Shown here: in pieces, positions 49,468 to 59,996 of the stretch
How positions within the stretch are numbered: the stretch's first letter is position 1
Layout: the number at the start of each line of letters is the position of its first letter
Source: Candidatus Kerfeldbacteria bacterium
GTDB lineage: Bacteria; Patescibacteriota; Patescibacteriia; SBBC01; CAIJZX01
Direction of reading: 5' to 3'
Assembly: GCA_963731735.1 (NCBI GenBank)
Contig: CAVSWO010000002.1
Span: 402,891-466,890 of the forward strand
DNA: 64,000 bases
Notes under the pieces: generated by a model
Told to the model about the DNA's origin: nothing
The model's database searches: none
What the model saw: only the letters and a program-made list of their open reading frames with translations
Position numbers and translations under genes: made by a program

Positions 49468-49542
49468 TGGTGCCCCCCAGAGGAATCGAACCTCTATTAC
49501 GAGATCCGGAATCTCGCGTCCTATCCGTTGAACGAGGGAGGC
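49468..49542 (-). tRNA. tRNA-Arg(CCG)
   Basis: GCCTCCC acceptor, CGAGA-ttCCGga-TCTCG, AGAGG-TTCGATT-CCTCT, ACCA end. Confidence 0.95.
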
Positions 49543-49612
49543 ACGCTGGCGGCGTCACTCTACCGTATTGGTTAATTTCTGCCAAGTAAAAAAAAGTACG
49601 GCCGAAGCCGTA

Positions 49613-49843
49613 CTAGGAAGCCCGTTGGATGCCGAGCATGGCAAAATCCTCGGGGAGGAGCGGCGGCGAAGTGCCGTCGCAGACTTTGACGTGCGCATCG
49701 AACGCACCGGCGATGATCTTGCGGTTGCAAGCCGGACAGGTCGTGCAGCAGGGAGTGAGGTGGGCGACTGATTGCCCGAATTCGGGATGGTGACAATCGC
49801 AATCACACTCGATCAAGGAACGAACGCAGGTACTAGACATCAT
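49613..49843 (-). CDS. Small Cys/His-rich putative metal-binding protein
   Basis: CDCDCHH..H..CCTTCPAC..H...C, AAAGGAG SD. Confidence 0.65.
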   Translation of the reverse strand: MMSSTCVRSLIECDCDCHHPEFGQSVAHLTPCCTTCPACNRKIIAGAFDAHVKVCDGTSPPLLPEDFAMLGIQRAS

Positions 49844-50013
49844 ATTCTCCTTTCAAAAGAGCCTAACGCTACCCTAACGGATTTTTCTTCAATAAACTAG
49901 CCATGAGATAAAACGTAACATGGCTGGGATTGTGGATAACTTTTTCATGACGTGCAAAATACCGCCTAAAACGGGGGCTTGACGGGTTTTATTGCCAGGT
50001 GTATGATTCTCCT

Positions 50014-50226
50014 CCGGTTAATTGACAAGTAGTTCCGAGGAACGAAAAAAGAAGCGCTGGATCTCCACCCCATCATCACCGTCTCATCGAGACACCCAGC
50101 CCTTCAATTTTCACCCCCTCACTAACTACTTCTCAACCAAACCACCCCATTCGCACCTTCGTCCTATCGGACACCCCCCAACCCCGCACCTTCTCGTGAG
50201 TCCCCTCAAAAGGACTCTTTTTCTTT
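50014..50226 (+). ncRNA. Candidate C-rich sRNA with repeated CACC motifs
   Basis: TTGACG-17-TATGAT promoter (49979-50007), terminator GAGTCC..GGACTC-T5, eight CACC motifs. Confidence 0.5.
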
Positions 50227-50261
50227 GTTGCTTTTTCGGGTTAGGGGAGTAGGATGAAGAC

Positions 50262-50507
50262 ATGGGTAGCCATATGCTGACAATTCACGGCCACAAGGTC
50301 TACTGCGATTCAGACCACGAGTATCACGGACTGAAGTATTTGATGTACGACTTGGATGAAGACTCGGTTAAAGAACTCTTTGCCCAGGTTGAACATGACC
50401 GCGAGGTGCCGTTCGAAGACAAAGAGCATCGCAAGTTCGCACTGGTCGACGGAGAAAACGGATCGTTTACCGTAGTCAGCCATGGACACGCCAGCGGCTG
50501 GTTCTAA
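50262..50507 (+). CDS. ~80-aa hypothetical protein (paralog 1)
   Basis: Shares the IxxHxV..L..LF..F..l.....sFT pattern with its neighbours. Confidence 0.75.
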   Translation: MGSHMLTIHGHKVYCDSDHEYHGLKYLMYDLDEDSVKELFAQVEHDREVPFEDKEHRKFALVDGENGSFTVVSHGHASGWF

Positions 50508-50727
50508 CGTTCGGTTACACGTTCAAGGCCACACCGTGGTGGGAACCGTTGAAGCCGTACGGCATTTACGTCGACTCTCTTCCATGTCATTGAGTCAACT
50601 TTTCTTACAAGCCAAAGAACACGGCGCTTCAACCGTCACGATTGATGGCGCGGCTTGGACGCTGAATCGGATGCCGGACCATACTTTTACCTTGACCCAA
50701 GGCGCCGCCCACCAGCAGATTCTCTAA
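50482..50727 (+). CDS. ~80-aa hypothetical protein (paralog 2)
   Basis: VQGHTVVG..LRRLS..LFLQAKEHG..TFTL. Confidence 0.7.
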   Translation: MDTPAAGSNVRLHVQGHTVVGTVEAVRHLRRLSSMSLSQLFLQAKEHGASTVTIDGAAWTLNRMPDHTFTLTQGAAHQQIL

Positions 50728-50767
50728 GGCTCGACGAATGCGGTGAGAGTTGCTAGACTAGCCCCCG

Positions 50768-51019
50768 ATGGCACTTGAACGTAAAGCGGTTCCGGAGCTG
50801 ATCAACGTCCACCAGGTCTATGCCCATAAAGACGTGATTCGGTTTCTCAAGAACTCTGACAAAGAATTTGTGGAAGGACTTTTTTATCAGGCCAAACGCT
50901 ATGGACGAGCTGAATTTGAATTTAGCGATGTGTCGTATGTGATTCTTCGCAACCGTGACTTTTCGTTTACGATTGAAGAAAATCCCGATACCGATCTTTC
51001 AACTGAGGCCTTCTCCTAA
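50768..51019 (+). CDS. ~80-aa hypothetical protein (paralog 3)
   Basis: INVHQVYA..FLKNS..LFYQAKRYGRAEF..SFTI. Confidence 0.75.
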   Translation: MALERKAVPELINVHQVYAHKDVIRFLKNSDKEFVEGLFYQAKRYGRAEFEFSDVSYVILRNRDFSFTIEENPDTDLSTEAFS

Positions 51020-51025
51020 GCACCC

Positions 51026-52348
51026 ATGTCGCCACTGAATCTCATCCGTCGCATCCTCCCCCGGCGCTGGCTGCGTGCTTATCACCGATTCTTAGCCCTG
51101 CTGGCCGGGTATTGGTACGGCCGACCATCGCGTCATGTTGTGGTTGTTGGAATTACGGGCACGGACGGCAAAACGACCACTGCCGCGTTGGTCGCGCACC
51201 TGTTATCTGATCCAGATCGAACAGCCGGTTTACTGACCACGGCCATCATTGATGACGGTCAGCGGCGCTGGCTGAACGAACAACACATGACTATGCCGGG
51301 CCGTTTTCAGTTGCAGCGGATGCTCAAGGCCATGCGGCAACACGGCTGCCGATACGCGGTGCTGGAAGTATCTTCCGAAGGGCTCTTACAACATCGTCAT
51401 CGGGGTATCGATTTTGACGGCGCGCTGCTGACTAACCTCTCGCCGGAACATTTGGATGCCCACGGAAGTTTTGAGGCCTATCGGAATACTAAAGGTCGTT
51501 TATTTAATCAAATTATTCGAGGCGGGGACAAGACGCTTGGCGGCCAAGCGATTCCGAAATTTTCAGTCGTCAACTTGGACGACCCGGCCGCGGAATATTT
51601 TTTATCTTTTTGGGCCGAGCAAAAACATGGTTTCACACTGACACATCATCCGGCGCCAAACCTCGATATGCCGGTTAAGGTTTGGGCGGGCGAAGCCATG
51701 ACGAACGGTCCGGCCAGCAGCCGCTTCACGGTGGATGGACATGCTTTGGAAGTTCCGCTACCCGGACAATATAACGTGGCGAATGCGCTGGCCGCGGTGA
51801 CCGTAGCCAGAATATTGGGAGTCAGCTGGGAGAACATTGCCGAACGACTTCGTCAGTTCCCGGGTGTCCCTGGCCGCTATCAAACACTCCCGTTACCGAA
51901 CGGGGCGCAGGCGGTGATCGACTATGCCTTAACGCCAGCCGCACTCGAAGCTTTTTACCGCACGCTTAAACAAAACGGCGCCAAACGAATCCTGGCCGTC
52001 TTTGGTGCGGCCGGTGGCGGGCGCGATAGCTGGAAACGTCCCGAGCTTGGCAGAATCGCGGCCGCCCAAGCCGACCGGATTTGGTTAACGACGGATGATC
52101 CGTATGATGAAGATCCCGCGGCGATTGCCGCGGCAATCGCCGCGGGCATCCCCAAAGATCAACTGGGAAAAGCTCAAACCGTTTTGTACCGCCGGGAGGC
52201 TATCAAGATGGCGATTGCGATGGCGCAGCCGGGTGATGTCGTCGCGATTACCGGGATGGGCTCAGAAACCTCGATGGTTATCAAGGGTAAGCGGGTAGCG
52301 TGGAACGATGCCCAAGCGGTTACTGAGCTGGCAAATGGGGCCAAATAG
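51026..52348 (+). CDS. murE: MurE-like Mur ligase (catalytic and C-terminal domains)
   Basis: GITGTDGKTTT, EVSSEG, TNLSPEHLD, IDYA, VFGAAGGGRD, DDPYDEDP. Confidence 0.85.
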   Translation: MSPLNLIRRILPRRWLRAYHRFLALLAGYWYGRPSRHVVVVGITGTDGKTTTAALVAHLLSDPDRTAGLLTTAIIDDGQRRWLNEQHMTMPGRFQLQRMLKAMRQHGCRYAVLEVSSEGLLQHRHRGIDFDGALLTNLSPEHLDAHGSFEAYRNTKGRLFNQIIRGGDKTLGGQAIPKFSVVNLDDPAAEYFLSFWAEQKHGFTLTHHPAPNLDMPVKVWAGEAMTNGPASSRFTVDGHALEVPLPGQYNVANALAAVTVARILGVSWENIAERLRQFPGVPGRYQTLPLPNGAQAVIDYALTPAALEAFYRTLKQNGAKRILAVFGAAGGGRDSWKRPELGRIAAAQADRIWLTTDDPYDEDPAAIAAAIAAGIPKDQLGKAQTVLYRREAIKMAIAMAQPGDVVAITGMGSETSMVIKGKRVAWNDAQAVTELANGAK

Positions 52349-52648
52349 GGAAATTTGACTGTGGATGAACATCGGAAAAGCCTGGGGACAAGAATTCAGA
52401 AGGATATCCCCAAGCCCAAATTTATTTCCCTAACCTTAGCCAAAAAAAATATATTGACAAAAATTTCGGCTTGCGCTTGACAGTCACTTATATTCCTGGT
52501 ACTCTCGAACAACGTTTTCGTTAGATTACCGCTAGTATTTTTAGCGCATATTCAGCTCGTTTAGGCGAGCAAACTCGCGCCGGGCACGTCCTGGCAACCT
52601 TTATCAGCTAACCCAACTTCCCGTTATCCAACCGGGAAGGGGGCTCTT

Positions 52649-55600
52649 GTGTTCATGTCTCCTGAAACGCAACTTCGCGAACGAAAGGTTTTTACTACGA
52701 TCCACGAAGCCACGCCGCTGCCGAATCTGATCGAGATTCAGCGCCGGAGTTACGACTGGTTTTTTCGTGAAGGGCTGAAAGAGTTATTTGAAGAAATCTC
52801 ACCGGTCAAAGACTTCATTGGCCGAGATTTGGAATTGTCATTTCTGGATTATTACCTGGACGAACCGAAGTTCGACGAAGTTACCGCCAAAGGAAAAAAC
52901 ATTTCATTCGAAGCCGCCCTGCGCGTGCAGGTACGATTGGTCAATAAAAAGACTGGTGAGATTAAGGAACAGGAAATCTACCTCGGAGATTTCCCCTTAA
53001 TGACCGATCGCGGCACCTTTATTATTAATGGCATTGAGCGCGTCGTGGTTAGCCAGCTGATTCGATCGGCTGGCGTATTTTTTACGGCCGAAATGATTCG
53101 AGGCCGCCGGTACTACGGCGCCAAGATAATTCCGAACCGCGGCGCCTGGTTAGAATTGGAAACTGACGCGAATGGGGTGATTTCGGTCAAGATCGATCGC
53201 AAACGCAAAGTGCCGATCACGACGCTCTTGCGCGCGTTTGGCATGGGCACCGATGCCGACCTGAAGGATTTGTTTAAAGAAGTCGATACCCATCCGGACG
53301 TGAAGTATATGGAAGCGACGATTGCCAAAGATTCTTCGCATGACGAGAATGAAGGCTTGAAAGAAGTCTACAAGCGGATTCGACCGGGCGATTTGGCCAC
53401 CATCGATAACGCCCGTGATTTAATTTATAAAATGTTTTTCTCGTTCGACCGCTACGACTTCGGTCGGGTTGGACGATATAAACTGAACACCCGATTCGGA
53501 TTCGATCGGCCGAATACCAAAGAGTATCGCGTCCTCCAGAAGGATGATCTGCTGGCGATTGTGAAAGAAATTATCCGTTTGAATAATTCGCAAAAGGATC
53601 CGGATGATATCGACCACCTCGGTAACCGACGCGTCCGCGCCATCGGTGAATTAGTCCAAAATAAATTCCGAGTTGGTTTGGCCCGGATGGAGCGCATCAT
53701 TAAAGATCGCATGTCGACGCTCGATATCAATACCCTCACGCCGAACCAATTAATAAATGCTCGGCCGGTGATCGGGTCGATCAAAGAATTCTTCATGAGT
53801 TCGCAGCTGTCGCAATTCATGGACCAAACCAATCCACTGGCTGAACTTGAACACAAGCGTCGTTTGTCGGCCATGGGCCCGGGCGGCTTGTCCCGTGAAC
53901 GCGCCGGTTTCGATGTCCGTGACGTACACCGCACGCACTACGGTCGGATTTGTCCGATCGAAACGCCGGAAGGACCGAATATCGGCTTGGTTGGTCATCT
54001 GTCGAGCTATGCCCGTGTCAACGATTATGGATTTATTGAAACACCGTTCCGCAAAGTTGTGCACGATGTTCCGAATGACGGTACCAGCGCCGTCGGAGAG
54101 ATCGCTCGCGGTCACCAGGGTGATATCAAGGACGGTGAAAAAATCACGGCCGCCCAGGCCAAAACCCTGAAAGGAAATGGCGCCAAAACGGTGGCGGTCA
54201 AACCACGCGTGACCGATCAAGTTATCTACCTCGATGCGTTTACGGAGGAACAACACATCACCACCGCCGCGACCACGCCCATTGACGAACACGGATACTT
54301 TACCGTTGACAAGGTGGAGGTTCGCGAACATGGCGAACCGACCATCGGAGCGGTTGAAACGATCGATTACATGGATGTGTCACCGAAACAGATCGTGTCG
54401 ATTGCGACCGCCTTGATTCCATTTCTTGAACATGATGACGCCGTTCGCGCCTTGATGGGCTCAAACATGCAACGCCAAGCAGTTTCCTGTATTAAACCGG
54501 ACGCGCCAATCGTCGGTACCGGGGCTGAAGCCCGAGCGGCGGCCGATTCCGGCCAAGTCGTCCTGGCCCAGAAAAGCGGCAAGATTATTAAAGTCGATGC
54601 CAATGAAATTCAGCTGATGGAGGATGACGGCAATATTCGGACCTACAGTCTGCGAACCTTCTTCCGTTCTAACGCCTCTACCTCAATCAACCAAAAGCCG
54701 GTGGTCATGCCGGGTCAGCGCGTGGAAGCCGGGGGCTTACTCGCCGACGGAGCCGCGACCGAGAATGGCGAGCTCGCCCTGGGCCAAAACTTGGTCGTCG
54801 CCTTTATCCCGTGGGAAGGCGGAAACTATGAAGACGCCATCCTGATTTCGGAACGCGTGGTTCAGCAAGATCGCTATACGTCCGTCCATATCGAGGACTA
54901 TACGATTGATGTCCGCGATACAAAACTCGGACCGGAAGTTGTGACGCGAGATATTCCAAACATCTCAGAAGAGAAGTTGAAAGATTTGGATGAAGAAGGC
55001 GTGGTTCGAATCGGAGCGACGGTCCAATCCGGTGATATTTTGGTCGGGAAAATTACTCCCAAAGGCGAAACCGAACTGTCAGCCGAAGAAAAACTCTTAC
55101 GTGCTATTTTTGGTGAGAAGGCCAAAGATGTGAAAGACTCGAGTCTCTACTTGGAACACGGTGAACACGGTAAAGTCGTTGATATTAAAGTTTTCTCGCG
55201 CGAAAAAGGCGATAAACTTTCAAGCGGCGTAATTAAGCAGATTCAAATTTCGGTCGCTCAACTGCGTAAGATCCAAGTGGGTGACAAAATGGCCGGCCGA
55301 CACGGGAACAAAGGCGTGATTTCCCGAATTGTGGCGGTGGAAGATATGCCATACTTGGCTGACGGTACGCCGGTGGATATTATTCTCAACCCGCTGGGCG
55401 TTGCTTCACGCATGAACCTTGGCCAAATTTTGGAAACGCACCTCGGTTTTGCAGCCAAGTTACTCGGTTTCCGCGTGGCCTCACCGGTCCTCGACGGCTT
55501 GCCCGAATCCATGATCCGCGACCTGCTCAAGCAGGCCGGCTTACCGAAAGACGGCAAGATGACAGTCTTCGACGGCCGGACCGGCAAACCTTTTGATCTG

Positions 55601-56065
55601 CCCGTCACGGTCGGTGTGATGTATGTCTTAAAGCTTAACCACTTGGTTGAGGATAAAATTCACCAACGCTCCATCGGTCCATACTCATTGGTAACCCAGC
55701 AGCCATTAGGCGGTAAGGCCCAATTCGGCGGCCAACGCTTTGGTGAAATGGAAGTTTGGGCGCTGGAAGCTTATGGTGCCTCGCACATGTTGCAGGAAAT
55801 GTTGACGATTAAATCCGATGACGTAGCGGGTCGGTCAAAAGCCTATGAAGCGGTCATTAAAGGTGAACCGATTCGAAAATTGAACGTGCCGGAATCATTT
55901 AACGTGTTGGTCCGAGAATTGAAAGGTCTCGGCCTGGAAGTTGATTTGATCGGTGCCGAAGTTCGACCGGATGACGACGATGAAGATGAGAAGCCGCGGG
56001 AGAAAACCGTCGAACCCGCTGAACCGGCTAAAGCCAAACCTGAGCCAGTAACGGAGGAAGCCTAA
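52649..56065 (+). CDS. rpoB: RNA polymerase beta subunit
   Basis: [40 protein letters not shown]. Start is 52649 GTG or 52655 ATG. Confidence 0.99.
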   Translation: MFMSPETQLRERKVFTTIHEATPLPNLIEIQRRSYDWFFREGLKELFEEISPVKDFIGRDLELSFLDYYLDEPKFDEVTAKGKNISFEAALRVQVRLVNKKTGEIKEQEIYLGDFPLMTDRGTFIINGIERVVVSQLIRSAGVFFTAEMIRGRRYYGAKIIPNRGAWLELETDANGVISVKIDRKRKVPITTLLRAFGMGTDADLKDLFKEVDTHPDVKYMEATIAKDSSHDENEGLKEVYKRIRPGDLATIDNARDLIYKMFFSFDRYDFGRVGRYKLNTRFGFDRPNTKEYRVLQKDDLLAIVKEIIRLNNSQKDPDDIDHLGNRRVRAIGELVQNKFRVGLARMERIIKDRMSTLDINTLTPNQLINARPVIGSIKEFFMSSQLSQFMDQTNPLAELEHKRRLSAMGPGGLSRERAGFDVRDVHRTHYGRICPIETPEGPNIGLVGHLSSYARVNDYGFIETPFRKVVHDVPNDGTSAVGEIARGHQGDIKDGEKITAAQAKTLKGNGAKTVAVKPRVTDQVIYLDAFTEEQHITTAATTPIDEHGYFTVDKVEVREHGEPTIGAVETIDYMDVSPKQIVSIATALIPFLEHDDAVRALMGSNMQRQAVSCIKPDAPIVGTGAEARAAADSGQVVLAQKSGKIIKVDANEIQLMEDDGNIRTYSLRTFFRSNASTSINQKPVVMPGQRVEAGGLLADGAATENGELALGQNLVVAFIPWEGGNYEDAILISERVVQQDRYTSVHIEDYTIDVRDTKLGPEVVTRDIPNISEEKLKDLDEEGVVRIGATVQSGDILVGKITPKGETELSAEEKLLRAIFGEKAKDVKDSSLYLEHGEHGKVVDIKVFSREKGDKLSSGVIKQIQISVAQLRKIQVGDKMAGRHGNKGVISRIVAVEDMPYLADGTPVDIILNPLGVASRMNLGQILETHLGFAAKLLGFRVASPVLDGLPESMIRDLLKQAGLPKDGKMTVFDGRTGKPFDLPVTVGVMYVLKLNHLVEDKIHQRSIGPYSLVTQQPLGGKAQFGGQRFGEMEVWALEAYGASHMLQEMLTIKSDDVAGRSKAYEAVIKGEPIRKLNVPESFNVLVRELKGLGLEVDLIGAEVRPDDDDEDEKPREKTVEPAEPAKAKPEPVTEEA

Positions 56066-56069
56066 ATTT

Positions 56070-59000
56070 ATGTCCTACGAAGAACTGCACGCCGTCGATT
56101 TTAAAGCCATCCGACTGAAAGTCGCCTCACCCGACGATATTCACCGTTGGTCCTATGGCGAAGTAACCAAACCGGAAACCATCAACTACCGGACCCAAAA
56201 ACCGGAAAAATCTGGCTTGTTTGCCGAAGAAATTTTCGGTCCGTCAAAAGACTGGGAATGTTTCTGCGGGAAGTACAAGCGCATTCGATACAAGGGTATT
56301 ATTTGCGACAAGTGCGGCGTCGAAGTAACCCGCTCGGTGGTTCGCCGTGAGCGGATGGGCCACATTGACTTGGCCGCACCAGTCTCGCACATCTGGTTTT
56401 TGCGCGGCGTACCATCCAAGGTGGGCTTGATGCTCGACCTGGGTGTTCAGGACTTGGAAAAAGTCGTCTATTTCGCCAACTTCATTATCACCTCGGTCAA
56501 TGAGAAGTTGCGCCAGGAAACGCTCCAGCAACTGAAAGCGGAACACGAGGCCAAGCAGAAGCAGATCGAAGCCGAATGGCATCAAAAGACCAATCATGTT
56601 AAACAACAGCTCGCCGGCGCCGACGAGAAAGGCAAGGCTGCGCACGAGAAAGAACTTGAGCAACTCAGCCTGGCCAAGACCGAACAACTGAAACTCTTGG
56701 AAGAAGCGGTTGATACAGCTGAAGACGAAATCAAGAGTCTGGCGCCACTGCAAATTTTGACCGAACAGGCCTATCAAGATCTCTCGATCAAGTACGGTCA
56801 TGTCTTTGAAGCGTCAATCGGCGCCGAAGCGATTCGTTTCCTGTTGGAAAAAATCGATTTGAATAAGATGATTGATGAGCTGGAAACTGAAGTCGAAGAC
56901 GCCAGCGAGAACAAACAACGCCGAATTATCCGCCGTCTCCGCCTGGCCAAGAACCTCAAGAACAACAATATTCGACCTGAGTGGATGATCATGACCGCCT
57001 TGCCGATCATTCCGCCGGATTTACGGCCGATGGTGCAATTGGACGGCGGCCGCTTCGCGACCTCTGATTTAAATGACCTGTACCGTCGCGTTATCAATCG
57101 CAACAATCGATTAAAACGGTTATTGGAATTGAATGCTCCGGAGGTGATTGTCCGCAACGAAAAGCGGATGCTCCAAGAAGCCGTTGATGCGTTGATTGAT
57201 AACAGCGCGCGTCATGGGAAGACCGTGACCGCTTCGACCGGTCAAAAGCGCATGCTGCGTTCGCTGGCCGACATGTTGAAAGGCAAACAAGGCCGATTCC
57301 GGCAAAACTTGCTGGGAAAACGCGTCGACTATTCCGGACGCTCAGTTATTGTGATTGGCCCGCATATGCGGCTCAATCAGTGTGGTTTACCGAAGCGCAT
57401 GGCCCTGGAACTCTTCCGTCCGTTTGTGATTTCTCAATTGATCCGACGCGAGTTAGTTCACAACGTTCGTTCGGCTGGGCGCTATATTGAAGCCGGGCAC
57501 CCGGAAGTTTGGGACATATTGGAAGAAGTGACCAAGAACGCGGCGGTACTGCTCAACCGGGCTCCGACCCTCCACCGTCTCGGGATTCAAGCTTTTCAAC
57601 CAGTCCTGATCGAAGGTAAGGCCATTCAAGTCCATCCGCTGGTTTGTTCGGCGTTCAACGCTGACTTCGACGGCGACCAAATGGCCGTGCATGTGCCGCT
57701 GACTGAACAAGCCAAGTGGGAAGCGCATAACATCATGATGTCGAGCAATAACTTGCTCAAACCCGCCACCGGTACCCCAGTGGTAACCCCGAACATGGAT
57801 ATCGTGCTGGGTTGTTACTACATGACCCAGCAAGGTGAAGAAAAGCCCTATATCTTTGCCGATGCCGATGAAGCAACCCTGGCCTATGAACAACACCGCG
57901 TGGGCCTGCAAGACCTGATCACGGTACGGATTGACGGGAAACGCATGCAGACGACGGTCGGACGAATTCAATTTAACGAAATTCTGCCGGCCAAGTTTGG
58001 CTATGTGAATGAAAGCATGGACAAGAAATCACTCAGCAACATCGTGGCCCAAGTGCTGGAGAATCACGGCAACGAAGCCGCGGTTGAATTACTGGATGCG
58101 GTCAAGCGTTTCGGCTTCCAATCCGTGACGCAATCCGGTATTTCCTGGGGGATGGGCGACTTGGAAGTTCCACCCGAAAAAGCCAAAATCTTAGCCGATG
58201 CGGATGTGAAAATCACCGAAATCCAAACCGCTTTTGATAACGGTCTGCTGACGGATGATGAGCGCTATGTGCGCGTGATTAATGTTTGGTCCCAAGCCAA
58301 AGAACAAATCCAGGCTATCTCAAAAGAATCACTCAGCAAACTCGGTCCGGTGTTCATGATGATCAACTCCGGTGCTCGCGGTTCCTGGGCCCAGACCACC
58401 CAGATGATGGGCATGAAAGGCCTGGTAGCCAACCCGTCGGGGAAAACCATGGAACTGCCGGTCAAGGCCAGCTTCAAAGAGGGCTATGACGTGCTTGAAT
58501 ATTTCATCTCGACGCACGGCGCACGAAAAGGCCTGACCGATACCGCGCTTCGAACCGCCAATGCCGGGTATCTGACCCGACGCTTGGTAGATGTTTCGCA
58601 AGACGTGGTGATTACCGCTGAAGATTGCGGTGATACTCAAGGCCTGGTTATGACGCAATCGGAAAGCGAAGCGATGGGCACTGACTTGCTGCAACGAATT
58701 ACCGGCCGCGTCCTAGCCAAAGATCTGACCGACCACAAGGGCAAAGTACTGGTTAAGGCCGGTGAACTCCTCACCTTCCCGTTAATTGAGAAACTCAAAA
58801 AGTCCACTATTGAACAAGCCGCTATCCGCTCAGTGATGTCGTGTAAAACCAAGCGCGGACTCTGTCAGCAATGCTACGGATTCGATCTTGGTCGCAATGC
58901 CATGGTCAAGCTTGGAACGGCGGTTGGTATTATCGCCGCTCAATCAATCGGTGAACCGGGTACCCAGCTGACCATGCGGACCTTCCACACCGGCGGTGTG

Positions 59001-59942
59001 GCCGGCGGTCAGGATATTACCCAAGGTCTGCCGCGGGTGGAAGAATTGTTCGAAGCCCGACCGGTCAAATTCCCCGCGGTGTTGGCTGACGTGACCGGCA
59101 AAGTTTCACTTGAGCAAGAAGGTGACCGCCGCCTGATTAATATTCAACATCAAGATGTCGGCCAGGATCGGTATGAGCTGCCCAAGAAGCGCGCCAAGGT
59201 GAAAGCGGAAATTTCGGTTAAGGATGGGCAAACCGTCAAATCCGGTCAGACCATTATGCTGCTTGGCGAAGAAAAAGTCGTGGCCCAGCACTCCGGCAAG
59301 GTAGCGATGGAAGATGATGCGGTGGTCGTTTTCTTCGATCGCGACAGCATCAAGCAGTATGAAATTCCGGCTACCTTCGTGGCTACGGTCAAAGACGGTG
59401 AATTGGTCGGTCCGGGCACGGTGCTGACCGAGGGCAGCGTCAACCTGCAGGAACTCTTCCACCTGCAAGGTCGCGAGGCCGTCCAAAAGTATATTATTAA
59501 AGAAATTCAGTTTATCTATTCGTCCCAGGGCCAATACCTGAATGACAAGCACATCGAAGTGATTGTGCGCCAGATGTTTGGCCGTGCCTACGTAACGGCC
59601 AGCGGCGACTCCGGCTTGGTGGCGGGAGAAGTGGTTGACCGCAATACCGCGGAGGCCATGATCGCCGACCTTTCGAAAGGCAAGAAACATCCGCCGCAAA
59701 TTGATCCGCTGCTGTTAGGGGTTACCAAGGCCTCGCTCAGCACCGAAAGCTGGCTCTCCGCCGCCTCGTTCCAAGAAACAGCCCGCGTCCTGATTGATGC
59801 CGCCGTTTCCGGACGAGTTGATCCACTCCGTGGCTTGAAGGAAAACGTCATTATTGGAAAACCAATTCCGGCCGGAACGGGATTTGAAACCCGCCAAAAG
59901 GAATTATCGGAATTGGACGATCTGCTCGAAAAGAAGGCCTAA
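56070..59942 (+). CDS. rpoC: RNA polymerase beta' subunit
   Basis: NADFDGDQMAVH, GKRVDYSGR, QLTMRTFH. Confidence 0.99.
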   Translation: MSYEELHAVDFKAIRLKVASPDDIHRWSYGEVTKPETINYRTQKPEKSGLFAEEIFGPSKDWECFCGKYKRIRYKGIICDKCGVEVTRSVVRRERMGHIDLAAPVSHIWFLRGVPSKVGLMLDLGVQDLEKVVYFANFIITSVNEKLRQETLQQLKAEHEAKQKQIEAEWHQKTNHVKQQLAGADEKGKAAHEKELEQLSLAKTEQLKLLEEAVDTAEDEIKSLAPLQILTEQAYQDLSIKYGHVFEASIGAEAIRFLLEKIDLNKMIDELETEVEDASENKQRRIIRRLRLAKNLKNNNIRPEWMIMTALPIIPPDLRPMVQLDGGRFATSDLNDLYRRVINRNNRLKRLLELNAPEVIVRNEKRMLQEAVDALIDNSARHGKTVTASTGQKRMLRSLADMLKGKQGRFRQNLLGKRVDYSGRSVIVIGPHMRLNQCGLPKRMALELFRPFVISQLIRRELVHNVRSAGRYIEAGHPEVWDILEEVTKNAAVLLNRAPTLHRLGIQAFQPVLIEGKAIQVHPLVCSAFNADFDGDQMAVHVPLTEQAKWEAHNIMMSSNNLLKPATGTPVVTPNMDIVLGCYYMTQQGEEKPYIFADADEATLAYEQHRVGLQDLITVRIDGKRMQTTVGRIQFNEILPAKFGYVNESMDKKSLSNIVAQVLENHGNEAAVELLDAVKRFGFQSVTQSGISWGMGDLEVPPEKAKILADADVKITEIQTAFDNGLLTDDERYVRVINVWSQAKEQIQAISKESLSKLGPVFMMINSGARGSWAQTTQMMGMKGLVANPSGKTMELPVKASFKEGYDVLEYFISTHGARKGLTDTALRTANAGYLTRRLVDVSQDVVITAEDCGDTQGLVMTQSESEAMGTDLLQRITGRVLAKDLTDHKGKVLVKAGELLTFPLIEKLKKSTIEQAAIRSVMSCKTKRGLCQQCYGFDLGRNAMVKLGTAVGIIAAQSIGEPGTQLTMRTFHTGGVAGGQDITQGLPRVEELFEARPVKFPAVLADVTGKVSLEQEGDRRLINIQHQDVGQDRYELPKKRAKVKAEISVKDGQTVKSGQTIMLLGEEKVVAQHSGKVAMEDDAVVVFFDRDSIKQYEIPATFVATVKDGELVGPGTVLTEGSVNLQELFHLQGREAVQKYIIKEIQFIYSSQGQYLNDKHIEVIVRQMFGRAYVTASGDSGLVAGEVVDRNTAEAMIADLSKGKKHPPQIDPLLLGVTKASLSTESWLSAASFQETARVLIDAAVSGRVDPLRGLKENVIIGKPIPAGTGFETRQKELSELDDLLEKKA

Positions 59943-59996
59943 AAATCGACCAATTGCGTCGCTCGGGAGCGGAAGATATGCTACACTGAGAGCTCT

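Noticed and set aside
49931-52410. DnaA-box-like sites (TGTGGATAA at 49931, degenerate copies near 52360-52410) as oriC
   Set aside because: Too few and dispersed, with no dnaA/dnaN or clear unwinding element.
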